Notes: generated by a model not told the origin, from the sequence alone. Positions 47,694 to 57,324 are shown, numbered from the stretch's first letter. The stretch: 64,000 nucleotides of DNA from Candidatus Falkowbacteria bacterium (GCA_963747695.1 CAVVFV010000010.1:389618-453617); one strand, 5' to 3'. Translations and numbers: made by a program.

Positions 47694-48239
47694 CTAGGAA
47701 GCGGGGATTTTGGTGACATCGAATCCCATATCAATGTCAAAATTAATATTCGTTTGGCTGAAAATTTCATTGGGAGGGACGTTGACGTTGACCAGCCAGG
47801 CGGCATCCTTGAGATTTTTTTCCATACCCAACAGGTCGTCTCGGGTCGGAGCCAGTCCCAAGATTCTGATCGTTTTGGCGGATGAATCGATGCCGAGATG
47901 AGAAAGATGAACGTTCTCTGGGATTAAATTGATGAGCTGGCTGAGAATTAGCGAGTAAGAAGTGTAACCGCTTTCGATTTGAGTCACGGCCGCCATTTTA
48001 TCATTTAACTCTTTGGCTTTGACGTTGTAATCGGCGCTACTGGCGTTGATCAGCCTGGCCGTTTCCTGACTCGCTTGATAAATGTTGGCGGAAAGGATTT
48101 TTTCCGCCGCGAAGACGATCGCCCCGACGACAACAACAAGGATAATCAAAATGATCTCCGCTTTTAGAAAAAGGAAATATAGCCGTTGATATTTTATGTT
48201 TTGTTTTGCCTCTTCGGCAATCAGATTCAAGCGAAGCAT
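47694..48239 (-). CDS. pilN: type IV pilus assembly protein PilN-like
   Basis: 181 aa. N-terminal LRLNLIAEE (INLLP-like PilM-binding peptide), then a TM helix. Confidence 0.65.
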   Translation of the reverse strand: MLRLNLIAEEAKQNIKYQRLYFLFLKAEIILIILVVVVGAIVFAAEKILSANIYQASQETARLINASSADYNVKAKELNDKMAAVTQIESGYTSYSLILSQLINLIPENVHLSHLGIDSSAKTIRILGLAPTRDDLLGMEKNLKDAAWLVNVNVPPNEIFSQTNINFDIDMGFDVTKIPAS

Positions 48240-48339
48240 AATTAATAATTCGAAATTGGAGATTTTAAATTAGTCATTTTTATATTAGTTCTGACCGAGC
48301 CGCAACCATCTCTTTGAGTAAAAAAATTTACTGGGAAAA

Positions 48340-49506
48340 TTATTCATCAATAAATATTCCGCGGAGGGCCAGGCCGATGGCCGTAACGTAACACAGACTG
48401 ACATCCTGGGAAATTTTAACCGTGCGGCTTTCCTTAACCCTGGTTTTTTTATTTTGTTCGGTGGAGAGAATGTCAGTGTTCAGCCCGAAGGTGCGGCTGA
48501 ACTGGCTGAAAAAACTCTTTTTGTTGCCGCGGAAATTGATAAATACGTCGCCGCGGCTGGTTTTGATACCGGTTTCCTTCTGGATCAGTTTATCCAAATC
48601 CTTGATGTTGGCGCCGCCGCCGCACAAAATGATCTGCTCGATCGGTCCCCAGGCGGAAAAATGATGGTTGAAGAAAGCTAAGGCCTCCGTGCATTTGATT
48701 TTCAGATTATCGGCAAGATCATCGATGATTTTTTTTGCCGCCGTTTCCTGGGTATTATTGACCAGTCCGTAAAGAATTTTTACCTTTTCCGCCTGTTCAT
48801 GATCGATCTCCAGCACCGTTGCTATTTTCTGGGTTATTTCTTCTCCGGAAATGGGCAGGGAAACTGAAAAAAGGATAGTGTTCTTCGAATAAAAAGTCAG
48901 GCTGGCGTCAGTCGCGCCGATATCGACTATCGCGCTGTTTTTTTGATCGCCGCCCCGGGAAGCCGGACTTTCCGAGTCCAAGAGACAGCGACAAACGGAA
49001 ACCGGCTCGGTTTCCACGACGGCGGTTAAAAGATGAGCTTCGCGCAGGAGTTCCTGGTGGTCAGTCACCAATTTTTTGGGGGCAGCCCCGATCAGAACCA
49101 GGTGCGAATGTCCGGAGTCGCCGATGATTTGCCAGTCAAACAATAATTCGTCGACCGGCAAGGGTACGTGTTTTTCTAATTCGTTTTTGATGGCCCGGTT
49201 CTTGTCCTGAATTTGTTTGTCGATCTCCACGATCTTAAGAAAAGTTTTTCCTTCGGGAAGGCAGATCGCCGCTTCCCGGCTGGTTACTTTGCCAAAATCC
49301 GGATGGGCAATTAATTTTTTAATGAATTTTACCAATTCTTTCTGGTTGACGATCTCGCCGTTTTCCAAAAGACCCCGGGGAAGATCGACTTTTCCCAAAG
49401 CTTGAATTTTTATCTTATTGCCGGATTTTCTCAGCTGGACCAATTTGATCGATAAGTCCGAAATGTCCAGCCCGACCGGGCTGATTGAACTGGCAAAGAA
49501 TGACAT
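48340..49506 (-). CDS. pilM: type IV pilus assembly protein PilM (actin-like ATPase fold)
   Basis: 388 aa with VGLDISDLSIKLVQL, IVDIGATDASL and ILCGGGANI. Confidence 0.85.
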   Translation of the reverse strand: MSFFASSISPVGLDISDLSIKLVQLRKSGNKIKIQALGKVDLPRGLLENGEIVNQKELVKFIKKLIAHPDFGKVTSREAAICLPEGKTFLKIVEIDKQIQDKNRAIKNELEKHVPLPVDELLFDWQIIGDSGHSHLVLIGAAPKKLVTDHQELLREAHLLTAVVETEPVSVCRCLLDSESPASRGGDQKNSAIVDIGATDASLTFYSKNTILFSVSLPISGEEITQKIATVLEIDHEQAEKVKILYGLVNNTQETAAKKIIDDLADNLKIKCTEALAFFNHHFSAWGPIEQIILCGGGANIKDLDKLIQKETGIKTSRGDVFINFRGNKKSFFSQFSRTFGLNTDILSTEQNKKTRVKESRTVKISQDVSLCYVTAIGLALRGIFIDE

Positions 49507-49519
49507 AAAACTTGATTAC

Positions 49520-49629
49520 ATAATGCGAATACTACAAATTTTACGCGAATACAACGAATGATTTAACAAATTTTAATTCGATTCGCAGAGTTCGCGGTAT
49601 TCGCGAAAAATTCGTCGTATTCGTATTAT
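49520..49629. repeat. ATTCGC/CGAATA palindrome family copy (pilX-like|pilM spacer)
   Basis: ATAATGCGAATACTACAAATTTTACGCGAATACAACGAAT...GTTCGCGGTATTCGCGAAAAATTCGTCGTATTCGTATTAT. Confidence 0.8.
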
Positions 49630-49659
49630 ATCATATTGGAAATTGTTTAGGTATGAACT

Positions 49660-51153
49660 TCACTGTATTTCCTGCCAGGACATCGTGGTGTATTGGTCGG
49701 AAGTTTGCGGGAAACTGGGTGGCGGCGACAAGAGCAAGTTGCCGTCATAATTTAAGTTTCTGATCAGGTAGCCGGTGTTAACGCTGCCGCTATAGGCAAA
49801 ACCGTAGCGGACGTTGGAAGCGATCATCCCGTTCAAAGTAAGTTTTGATCTGGTGTCGTAAGGGCTGCAATTGGCCGAGTAAGTATGGCCGCTGCCCGAA
49901 GCTGGGTAATAATAATAGCGGCCGACGCGGCCGTTTTCGGCGATCAGCGCCGCCTCGATCGTCAAAGTGTCCTGGCTGTACATTCCGACGTTGACATTAT
50001 TTTGGGCGATCAAAGAAATGACATCCTGTCCGTCGTGATTAGTGTAAAGCAGATTGTTATTGACTGTGATGCTTTTCCTGGTCAGGGGGTCGTCGGGGAA
50101 AACGGCGGCGGCAATGGTTACCCGGGCTTTGTTGATCTGTCCCTCGACAAAAACATTGTCTTCCAAGAAAATTATTCCATTGGCGGGCAGAGGGTAGTTG
50201 TTGATGCCGGTTGAGGGATTATTGATCGGGGTTTCCGAGTTGACGCTCCAGGTTCCCCAGCCGGCTTGATTCGTGGCGTTATTGTTGATGACACAACCTG
50301 AAGGAGCGGCTTTCCAGGCGGTGACTTTGTAGAGGTCAAAAGTGCCATCGGTTTTTAAAATCACATTGTAGCCCATCGCGCCGGAGCCAGCGAGATAAAA
50401 ACCGTTGGCCTTGGCATCGGTTTTCATTTGCGAAAGGTCGGCGGTCAGTCCGGTAAAGTCGATTGCCGGCACCGGAAATTGCCTCCCGACGACGAAAACA
50501 CTGGGGTGAGACGGAACGGCGGCCGGCGGATAAGGATCGGCCGGAGCAACTTGAGTATAGACGCCGAAGACGGGACGCGCCGGGAAATCAGGATCGGTAT
50601 AAGTGGCCATAGCGCTAGTCACCAGGTTATGGGCGATGCCGTCGAAATGAATGCCTTTATTGGAGCTGATCGGCCCGGTTACTTCGGTGCCGGCGCCAAA
50701 GCGCATATTGTCATTGGCGGCGACGGCGAATTTGGCCAGCGAAGGTTTCGCCAGCTTAGTTTCGATTATTCTCGAACTAAGAAAATTCCCCACGGCTTTT
50801 CCTTCCGAACGGACGATGACGATGGTTGAGCCGATCAGCGGCGGCGTAATGGTCAGTGAAAAACTGCCGATCGGATTGCCGGCCTGATCATAAAATTGAT
50901 GAACGTATGGTCCAGCCACACTAGTCCCGTCCTTATAATCGGTCGGAGCATGCGCCAGATGCCAGCGATAATATTCATTGCCGGATTCGGCGATCTGGAA
51001 AGCCTTTTCGCGGTCGACCGCTTGGCGCGACGCCCGCAGATTGATCATCGTCCAACTGACGATTCCGCCCAGAATAATAATGGCAATCGTGCCAAAAACA
51101 AGCACCAGCGGCAAAATCATCCCCTCCTCATTATTTATTAATTTTCTTTTCAT
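49660..51153 (-). CDS. PilX-like large pilus-associated protein
   Basis: 497 aa from the ATG at 51153. N-terminal EEGMILPLVLVFGTIAIIILGG hydrophobic segment as in PilX N-terminal domains. The remainder is beta-rich. Confidence 0.5.
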   Translation of the reverse strand: MKRKLINNEEGMILPLVLVFGTIAIIILGGIVSWTMINLRASRQAVDREKAFQIAESGNEYYRWHLAHAPTDYKDGTSVAGPYVHQFYDQAGNPIGSFSLTITPPLIGSTIVIVRSEGKAVGNFLSSRIIETKLAKPSLAKFAVAANDNMRFGAGTEVTGPISSNKGIHFDGIAHNLVTSAMATYTDPDFPARPVFGVYTQVAPADPYPPAAVPSHPSVFVVGRQFPVPAIDFTGLTADLSQMKTDAKANGFYLAGSGAMGYNVILKTDGTFDLYKVTAWKAAPSGCVINNNATNQAGWGTWSVNSETPINNPSTGINNYPLPANGIIFLEDNVFVEGQINKARVTIAAAVFPDDPLTRKSITVNNNLLYTNHDGQDVISLIAQNNVNVGMYSQDTLTIEAALIAENGRVGRYYYYPASGSGHTYSANCSPYDTRSKLTLNGMIASNVRYGFAYSGSVNTGYLIRNLNYDGNLLLSPPPSFPQTSDQYTTMSWQEIQ

Positions 51154-51196
51154 AAAATGATAATGCAAACTAATGGCAGCCGAACATTGTAAATAT

Positions 51197-51327
51197 AAAA
51201 TCCGAAGCACGAAATCATAAATCCGAAACAAATTCAAAAGTTTAAAATTAAAAATTCAAAACTTTTGAGTTTTTGTTATTTGAATTTTGAACTTGTTTCG
51301 GATTTATTGCTTAGGATTTCGGATTTT
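51197..51327. repeat. 130-bp imperfect palindrome with AAATCCG heptamer-periodic arms (pilin-like gene | PilX-like gene spacer)
   Basis: AAAATCCGAAGCACGAAATCATAAATCCGAAACAAATTCAAAA...TTTTGAACTTGTTTCGGATTTATTGCTTAGGATTTCGGATTTT. Confidence 0.8.
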
Positions 51328-51376
51328 TTAAGTCCGGATCATTAGTAAAAAATTCAATCTATAGTTACCAATATTT

Positions 51377-52009
51377 TTATAAATTATCTTTGAGGTTGCG
51401 GATTGAGACTTGGGTGGAAAAACTTATGGCGACCGGTGGCTTGGTCGGATCATGATCGATGAGGACATTGATCTTGATGAGCCGTACGGCCGGGATATTT
51501 ATCGGCACCGGCAAAGCCGCCGTTGATCCGTTATAAGAACTGTCGAAGTAGGAAAAGATCGGCGTTGCCACCGGGTTGGCCACGTCACTAATCAAAGCGG
51601 ATATTTTTTCGTTAGCCGCAACATAGACTGGCGGATTGCCGGTCGGCTTGATTACCCCCATCTTTAAAGTATTACCGCTCAAAAAATAGCGGACTTTTTC
51701 TTTTATACCGTCATTGTCGATGTCTGAATAAAAAGCGAAATAGGTGGAGCTGGCGGTATCGATGGTGTAGGCGCCGGCAGCCGAAGGAGAAGCGCTGCGG
51801 ATGTAGCTGAGCATTGATCGAAAAGCTTCTCTGATCTCCAACTGCGCATTAAGATTTCCGGTTAAGGCATTGTTGGTATTAATCGTATCATTATATAAAT
51901 TCAAAGTGCCCACCAGGACTATTAAAAAAATAATTAGGGTGATGAGAGTTTCCACCAGAGTAAAACCTGACTCGGCCTTAAGGGCTTTGGGTAAAAAAAG
52001 TTTGTTCAT
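51377..52009 (-). CDS. prepilin-type N-terminal cleavage/methylation domain protein (minor pilin-like)
   Basis: 210 aa with the class III signal ...KAESG|FTLVETLITLIIFLIVL. Confidence 0.8.
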   Translation of the reverse strand: MNKLFLPKALKAESGFTLVETLITLIIFLIVLVGTLNLYNDTINTNNALTGNLNAQLEIREAFRSMLSYIRSASPSAAGAYTIDTASSTYFAFYSDIDNDGIKEKVRYFLSGNTLKMGVIKPTGNPPVYVAANEKISALISDVANPVATPIFSYFDSSYNGSTAALPVPINIPAVRLIKINVLIDHDPTKPPVAISFSTQVSIRNLKDNL

Positions 52010-52120
52010 AATATTTTAACGTTTATTTTCGAGCGAGCGATGATAAATCCCTCGTCCGGTTGCGCGCGAGGACCCTTTTAGGAAAGATAGCTTCATGGCA
52101 AAATCCGCGGTCGAGACCAT

Positions 52121-53920
52121 TCATTGCGGATTCAAGGTTACCTCGTATTTCTGCCAAGGCGATGAAATATTGACTGCGTCATCGCTGGTTTGAAAACCGG
52201 CTTTGGAAATGTCGATCATGTAATCGCCGGGAGTTAAACCATCGAACAATACCTGTCCGGAAGGCACGCATTGCGAGGAAAAAGTGACGATTACTTCGCC
52301 GACGTCGGGCGTAAAGGTCGAGCTGGCGGTGGACAGATAAATTTTGTAGCGGAAATAGCGGTTGCCATTATTAATTTCACTGATATTGGTGTCGGTGGCC
52401 GTGTAATATGTGGAAGCGGTGCCGTCCGGCCCTTTAAAATCCCAAGTCAACTTGTCATTATTGGAGGCAAACTGCAGCCGGACGCTCGAAGTTCCGGCGC
52501 TCTCGGGCTGATCAGTCGGAGAGAATTCCAGCTCATAAAAAAAGCTGGCCGAGCCGGCATCGAAGGTAGAAGAAGTCAGATCCCCGGCTGCGACAAACAA
52601 GCCGGCGTCGTTTTTTAATTTTATTTCTCCGGTCGGATGGGCCGTTTCAATATTGCCGTCTGAGCTTTCGTAGGCAGTTTGATCGATCAAATTTTCCTGG
52701 CCAGAACCGCCCATCCAATCAGATTGGCGCAAAAATCCCCGGCCGGTCATCAATTGTTGGGTCGAAGTTCCCTGGGTCAATTCCACGGTGGCGCCGGCCA
52801 GCGCCAGGGTCGTACCGCCCTGGATCACACTGACCAACAGGCTGTCGGGATTTTTGGGAACAGCGATGATCTTGACGTCTTGGATACTGCCGGGAGCCAA
52901 GGAGAGCGGAATCGGAGAGATCGAGCCCGCCAGATCGCGGGTGGTATCGGTAAAAGTGAGGGTATAAGTGTCCGCTTCAAGATCGTTGAGGACTTTCGAT
53001 CCGGACGAGTCAGTATTGAAGGTACTTTGATATTTCAAAACATCGGGTGTGCCGATCAATTTGCTGCCTCGTAGAGAGAAATTGATCCCGGGTACCGGAG
53101 CACAAGTTTCAGTAACGCTTTCAACATCAAGCTCGGAAGTCTGGTCGATGACAAAACTGGTTTGGGTAACTTGCTGGACCGCGACGGTGGCGTCCGGCAT
53201 GACGGGATTGGGATTAGTTGAAGAGCCTACCGGGTATGTCCGGTCCTGCGAATATCCCGGTTTGGAAATTTTGATCGAGTAAGCGTTTACGCCCGGCGGC
53301 ACATCGACGATTTCGAGCATGCCTTTGTTGTCGGTGACGTCGTTGACCACGGTCGGCGGTACGGTCTGGTCGTTCTCAATGTGAGCGTTAGCTTGCGGCA
53401 CCGGCTGACCGCTGGCGTCAATAACTTGGATAAAAAGCGCGCCGTTGGTGGTGGAATTTTCCAAATTTTTCGGAGCGATAAATTCCGTAAAAGTCTGCAC
53501 CGGGAAACGGGAATTGCCGGGTACGGAGATTTTCACCTCCATCTGCTTATAGTCGGCCGGCGAAGTATCTTTCGGAGTTCCGCTCAAGGTTCCGTCAAAC
53601 GGATCGTCGATGTTGCGGATCGTCGTTTCCACCAGAAAATTAAAATTATCGCGGGTGATATTTTGCAGTTGCGCTATTTTTCCCGCCGGTATGCCGCCGG
53701 CGATGCCGACATCGGAGTACGGCATATTGTGGGCGATTTCGAATTGTTCGTTGGCTAAAGAGGCAGCGGTGACCAGCAGCCGCGAAGTTTCGACCAGCTT
53801 AGTGGCGCCGCTAAACGCGCCGTAAATGCCGGCGGCGATCACGGAAAAAACGGCAATACCGACCAGAGCTTCGATCAGGGTGAAACCGGCGGAATTAAAT
53901 TTCGGTTTATTTATTTTCAT
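52121..53920 (-). CDS. large pilin-like protein (prepilin N-terminus + carboxypeptidase-regulatory-like beta-sandwich repeats)
   Basis: 599 aa from the ATG at 53920 with ...NSAG|FTLIEALVGIAVFSVIAAG. The tracked start (53995) reads through the heptamer array. Confidence 0.8.
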   Translation of the reverse strand: MKINKPKFNSAGFTLIEALVGIAVFSVIAAGIYGAFSGATKLVETSRLLVTAASLANEQFEIAHNMPYSDVGIAGGIPAGKIAQLQNITRDNFNFLVETTIRNIDDPFDGTLSGTPKDTSPADYKQMEVKISVPGNSRFPVQTFTEFIAPKNLENSTTNGALFIQVIDASGQPVPQANAHIENDQTVPPTVVNDVTDNKGMLEIVDVPPGVNAYSIKISKPGYSQDRTYPVGSSTNPNPVMPDATVAVQQVTQTSFVIDQTSELDVESVTETCAPVPGINFSLRGSKLIGTPDVLKYQSTFNTDSSGSKVLNDLEADTYTLTFTDTTRDLAGSISPIPLSLAPGSIQDVKIIAVPKNPDSLLVSVIQGGTTLALAGATVELTQGTSTQQLMTGRGFLRQSDWMGGSGQENLIDQTAYESSDGNIETAHPTGEIKLKNDAGLFVAAGDLTSSTFDAGSASFFYELEFSPTDQPESAGTSSVRLQFASNNDKLTWDFKGPDGTASTYYTATDTNISEINNGNRYFRYKIYLSTASSTFTPDVGEVIVTFSSQCVPSGQVLFDGLTPGDYMIDISKAGFQTSDDAVNISSPWQKYEVTLNPQ

Positions 53921-53930
53921 AACGCACATC

Positions 53931-53993
53931 ACGTAACACGTAACACGTAACACGTAACACGTAACACGTAACACGTAACACGTAACACGTAAC
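53931..53993. repeat. perfect tandem heptamer array (ACGTAAC x9; GTGTTAC on the coding strand) 10 nt upstream of the large pilin-like gene start
   Basis: 63 bp of uninterrupted 7-bp periodicity. Confidence 0.9.
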
Positions 53994-54074
53994 AATAAAC
54001 TCTGCTCGATAAATTAAAAAAACACCTTAAATTTAAAAAAAGTCAATTATTCGGAAAGATATCGAATTAAGGTC

Positions 54075-54108
54075 TTGTTACGCGCTATGTGATAGGTGTT
54101 GCGTGAGG
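54075..54108. repeat. degenerate inverted partner of the 53931-53993 array, just after the pilC stop
   Basis: cttgttacgcgctatgtgataggtgttgcgtgag carries GTTAC/GTGAT-type words in the opposite orientation. Confidence 0.5.
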
Positions 54109-55254
54109 TTAGACTGTCGAGGTAAGATCGTACATCGGCATGATGATGGCGATGGCGATCGCACCGACGCCGACGCCGAGCAAGAGGATGAGAACCGGTT
54201 CAATGATCGAAGGAAGATTTTGCATGATCTGGTCGACTTCGCCCTCATAGAATTCCGCCAGATCGGACAAAATATTGCTCACCTCGCCGGTTTGTTCGCC
54301 GACCGTGATCATCTGCGTGACCATCGGCGGAAAAAAATTCGGATAATTCTTGATGATCTCGTTGATCTGTCCGCCTTTTTTTATTTGTTCGCTGATTTCC
54401 ATGATCACCCGGCGGTAATGCAAGTTGGAGACGACGTTGGCAGTGATGCGGAAAGCGTTGACGATCATCACATCGGTTTTTAAAAGTGAACCGGCGGTCC
54501 GGGAAAAGCGGGCCAGATTGACTTTTTTGACGATTGGCCCGAAGATCGGTAGCCGGAGAATCATCCCCTGATAAATATATTGGCCTTTTTCCGAGTGGAG
54601 AAAAGTCCAAACAGCTGAAATCAAGACGAGAGCGCCGACCAAAGATAATAGCCAATTATTGGCCAGGAAGTTGCTAGTGCCGATCAGGATACGGGTGGAA
54701 AGCGGCAACGGAACATTGCTGTCGGTAAAAACCGAAGTTATTTTGGGAATGACGAAAACCATCATAAAGATTCCGATGGCGACCATGGCGATGACGACGA
54801 TGGTCGGGTAGATCAGGGCGCCCTTGATCCGCGAATTCAATTCGTATTGTTTTTTGGTTTGCAAATAAAGCTGTTTGAGCACGTCTTCCAATTTTCCGGA
54901 AATTTCTCCCGAACCGACCATATTAATGAAAAGTTCGTTAAAGACTCGGGGGTATAATTTCAGGCTGTCGCTCAGACTGGAGCCTTGTTCCAGCTTCAGG
55001 GCGACTTGTTTGAGGATGCGGGAAAAATTCTTGCTTTCGGTTTGTTCGGCCAAAGTGCGGAAAGAAGCCAGCACCGGTATGCCGGACTTGATCATTACCG
55101 AAAGATTCTGGATGAAAACCAGTTTTTCGCGGATGCTGACGCCCAAGATGCTATACCAAAGATCCTCCAGCTGCTGGGAGAATGATTTTTTTTCTTCGGC
55201 GCTTGGTCCCAAATTTTCCGGTTTGATTTTTTTGTCGGGCTTGATAGTAGGCAT
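54109..55254 (-). CDS. pilC: type IV pilus inner-membrane platform protein PilC (GspF family)
   Basis: 381 aa with two T2SSF repeats and three TM segments. Confidence 0.88.
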   Translation of the reverse strand: MPTIKPDKKIKPENLGPSAEEKKSFSQQLEDLWYSILGVSIREKLVFIQNLSVMIKSGIPVLASFRTLAEQTESKNFSRILKQVALKLEQGSSLSDSLKLYPRVFNELFINMVGSGEISGKLEDVLKQLYLQTKKQYELNSRIKGALIYPTIVVIAMVAIGIFMMVFVIPKITSVFTDSNVPLPLSTRILIGTSNFLANNWLLSLVGALVLISAVWTFLHSEKGQYIYQGMILRLPIFGPIVKKVNLARFSRTAGSLLKTDVMIVNAFRITANVVSNLHYRRVIMEISEQIKKGGQINEIIKNYPNFFPPMVTQMITVGEQTGEVSNILSDLAEFYEGEVDQIMQNLPSIIEPVLILLLGVGVGAIAIAIIMPMYDLTSTV

Positions 55255-55260
55255 CGAAAT

Positions 55261-55350
55261 TAAGTTAAAAGAAAAAACTAATAAGTAATAAGTAAAAATA
55301 AAAAAATAGTTAAAGCAACTTCCAATTTTTTACTTTTTATTTTTAACTTA
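55261..55350. repeat. AT-rich imperfect palindrome with AATAAGT/TTACTTT words (pilB stop | pilC start spacer)
   Basis: TAAGTTAAAAGAAAAAACTAATAAGTAATAAGTAAAAATAAAAAAA...TTTTTTACTTTTTATTTTTAACTTA. Confidence 0.65.
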
Positions 55351-57084
55351 TTCTTGTGTTACTCTCATCACTTCTTCGAGATTGGTCAGGCCGCTGACCG
55401 CTTTGATGAAGCCGTCTTCCACCAGGCTAAGCATGCCCTGTTTTTCCGCTTGTTTCCGCAAGGCGGCGGTGTCGACCGTGTTGGTGATGATCTCGGCCAT
55501 TTCCGGAGTCATTTCCAAAGTTTCGTAAACGCCGATCCGACCTTTGTAGCCGGAGTTATTGCAGCGATTGCAACCGGTGCCGCGATAGAAAGTGATCGAT
55601 TCCAGGCTGTCTTTGGATTCGATGGTTTTTCCGCGTTCGAGCCGGGCCAGGATATCGGTGATGTCCAGTTGCTTTTCAATATCTTCGACGGCTTTTTTGG
55701 AAAGGTGATACGGCTGCTTGCAGTATGGGCAGACTTTTCTGACCAGACGCTGGGCGATGATCAGATTGGTCGTCGAAGCGATCAGAAAGGAAGGGATCCC
55801 CATCTGCGCCAGGCGGGGTAAAGTGGTGACGGCGTCGTTAGTGTGCAGAGTGGATAAGAGCAAGTGGCCGGTCATCGCGGCGTTCACTGAAATTTTGGCG
55901 GTTTCTTCATCGCGAATCTCGCCTACCATAATAATGTTGGGATCCTGGCGCAACAGCGAACGCAGCCCGGCTTCAAAACCGAAACCGATCTTGGGGTTGA
56001 TCTGCGATTGATTGATGTGCGGAATGCGGTATTCGATCGGATCTTCGATGGTGGCGATATTGACTTTGGGAGTATTCAAGACGCTTAAAATAGTATAGAG
56101 CGTGGTGGTCTTTCCCGAACCGGTCGGCCCGGTAACGATGATCATCCCGTGCGGTTTTAGGATATTCTTTTTGACGATCTCCAGCGAGCTGGATAAAAAA
56201 CCGAGATTTTCCAGACTGAGCGCTTGGGCCTTTTCATCCAATAATCTGATGACGACTTTTTCTCCGTCAAAAGTAGGAATGATCGAGACGCGGCAGGAAA
56301 CGCGGTATTTGTCCGTGTCGATCTTAAAGCGTCCGTCTTGCGGCAAGCGGTGTTCGTCGACTTTCAGATTGGAAAGGATCTTGATTCTGGCGATGATGCC
56401 GGGCTGGACATTCTTGTCTAGCGTCATTACGTTATAAAGGATGCCATCGATGCGATAGCGGACGATCACGTCTTTTTCTTCCGGTTCGATGTGGATGTCG
56501 GAAGCGTCGCGGAACATTCCGTATTCCAAGAGATCGTTGACGATGCGGATGATCGGCAGATTGGCCGCGATTTTTTCCAGCTCTTCCGGCTCGGTGACGT
56601 CGAAGCCGTCCGCTTGCTTTTTCGGTTCGCAGAAATTCTTGATCTCGTTATTGATGGTTTCGCGGTATTGTTTCAGCCCTTCCTTGATGCTTTCCGGCGT
56701 CGTCAGATTGACCTCGATCTCGTAGCCGGTTTTTTTCTTCAAGAAATCAAAAATTTCCAGATCTTCCGGGTCGAGCACGGCGATCTTCAGCACTTTGCCG
56801 GTCAGATTGAAAGCGATCAGGTCATGGGCGACCGCGATCGGTTCCGGAACGTTGAGCAAGGCTTCTTTCTGGATGGTCTGCTCTTTCAGATTGACGAACG
56901 GAACCTTGAAGTAGATGGCCGTTTCTTTGGCCAGATCTTCCGGGGCGATGATCTTCTTTTCGGCCAAAATATCTTCGATCCGTTTGTCGTTTTCCTTGGC
57001 TTCGCGGGACAATTTATCGAATTCTTCGGCGGTGATGATCCCGGCGCAGGTCAGGATATTCTTTAATTGTTGTTCGTTGAACAT
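55348..57084 (-). CDS. pilB: type IV pilus assembly ATPase PilB (GspE family)
   Basis: 578 aa with Walker A GPTGSGKTTTLY, an Asp box, a His box and tetracysteine CPYC...CNRC. Confidence 0.93.
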   Translation of the reverse strand: MFNEQQLKNILTCAGIITAEEFDKLSREAKENDKRIEDILAEKKIIAPEDLAKETAIYFKVPFVNLKEQTIQKEALLNVPEPIAVAHDLIAFNLTGKVLKIAVLDPEDLEIFDFLKKKTGYEIEVNLTTPESIKEGLKQYRETINNEIKNFCEPKKQADGFDVTEPEELEKIAANLPIIRIVNDLLEYGMFRDASDIHIEPEEKDVIVRYRIDGILYNVMTLDKNVQPGIIARIKILSNLKVDEHRLPQDGRFKIDTDKYRVSCRVSIIPTFDGEKVVIRLLDEKAQALSLENLGFLSSSLEIVKKNILKPHGMIIVTGPTGSGKTTTLYTILSVLNTPKVNIATIEDPIEYRIPHINQSQINPKIGFGFEAGLRSLLRQDPNIIMVGEIRDEETAKISVNAAMTGHLLLSTLHTNDAVTTLPRLAQMGIPSFLIASTTNLIIAQRLVRKVCPYCKQPYHLSKKAVEDIEKQLDITDILARLERGKTIESKDSLESITFYRGTGCNRCNNSGYKGRIGVYETLEMTPEMAEIITNTVDTAALRKQAEKQGMLSLVEDGFIKAVSGLTNLEEVMRVTQE

Positions 57085-57128
57085 AAAATTGAGGCGGCAT
57101 AGGTTGCCCCTTATATTATTCTTACTTT

Positions 57129-57137
57129 ATTATAACA
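57129..57137 (-). promoter_or_regulatory. extended -10 promoter candidate for pilB operon
   Basis: The minus strand reads TGTTATAAT (TGnTATAAT), about 45 nt upstream of the pilB ATG. Confidence 0.45.
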
Positions 57138-57166
57138 TATTTCGCGCCGTAAGTAATATTCATGGC

Positions 57167-57236
57167 GTAACTCATAACTCATAACTCATAACTCATAACT
57201 CATAACTCATAACTCATAACTCATAACTCATAACAA
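57167..57236. repeat. tandem heptamer array (ATAACTC x ~10; GAGTTAT toward pilB) upstream of the pilB promoter
   Basis: gtaactc followed by eight perfect ataactc units and ataacaa. Confidence 0.9.
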
Positions 57237-57303
57237 CTAACCTTACTGGTTATATTAAAATTTCAAAAACGATAATTATTTTGAAAAAAGTTTGATATTC
57301 ACC

Positions 57304-57324
57304 GTGTTACGGGTTACGGGTTAC
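57304..57324. repeat. tandem heptamer array (GTGTTAC GGGTTAC GGGTTAC) upstream of the LTD-protein gene promoter
   Basis: Same G(N)GTTA(C/T) word as the pilB-side array but in the opposite orientation, so each array points toward its own gene. Confidence 0.8.

Noticed and set aside
53931-53993. Possibility that the tandem arrays (here and at 57167-57236, 42891-42925 and 23920-23950) are CRISPR arrays
   Set aside because: The units are 7 bp and directly abutting with no spacers. No cas genes are nearby. They are simple-sequence repeats, not CRISPR.
56491-57066. 191-aa + strand ORF (plus 55354-55821 and 62329-62905 minus-strand ORFs) inside pilB and ftsK
   Set aside because: These are shadow ORFs antisense to strongly supported ATPase genes. 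They are repetitive and Asp/Phe/Gly-rich.
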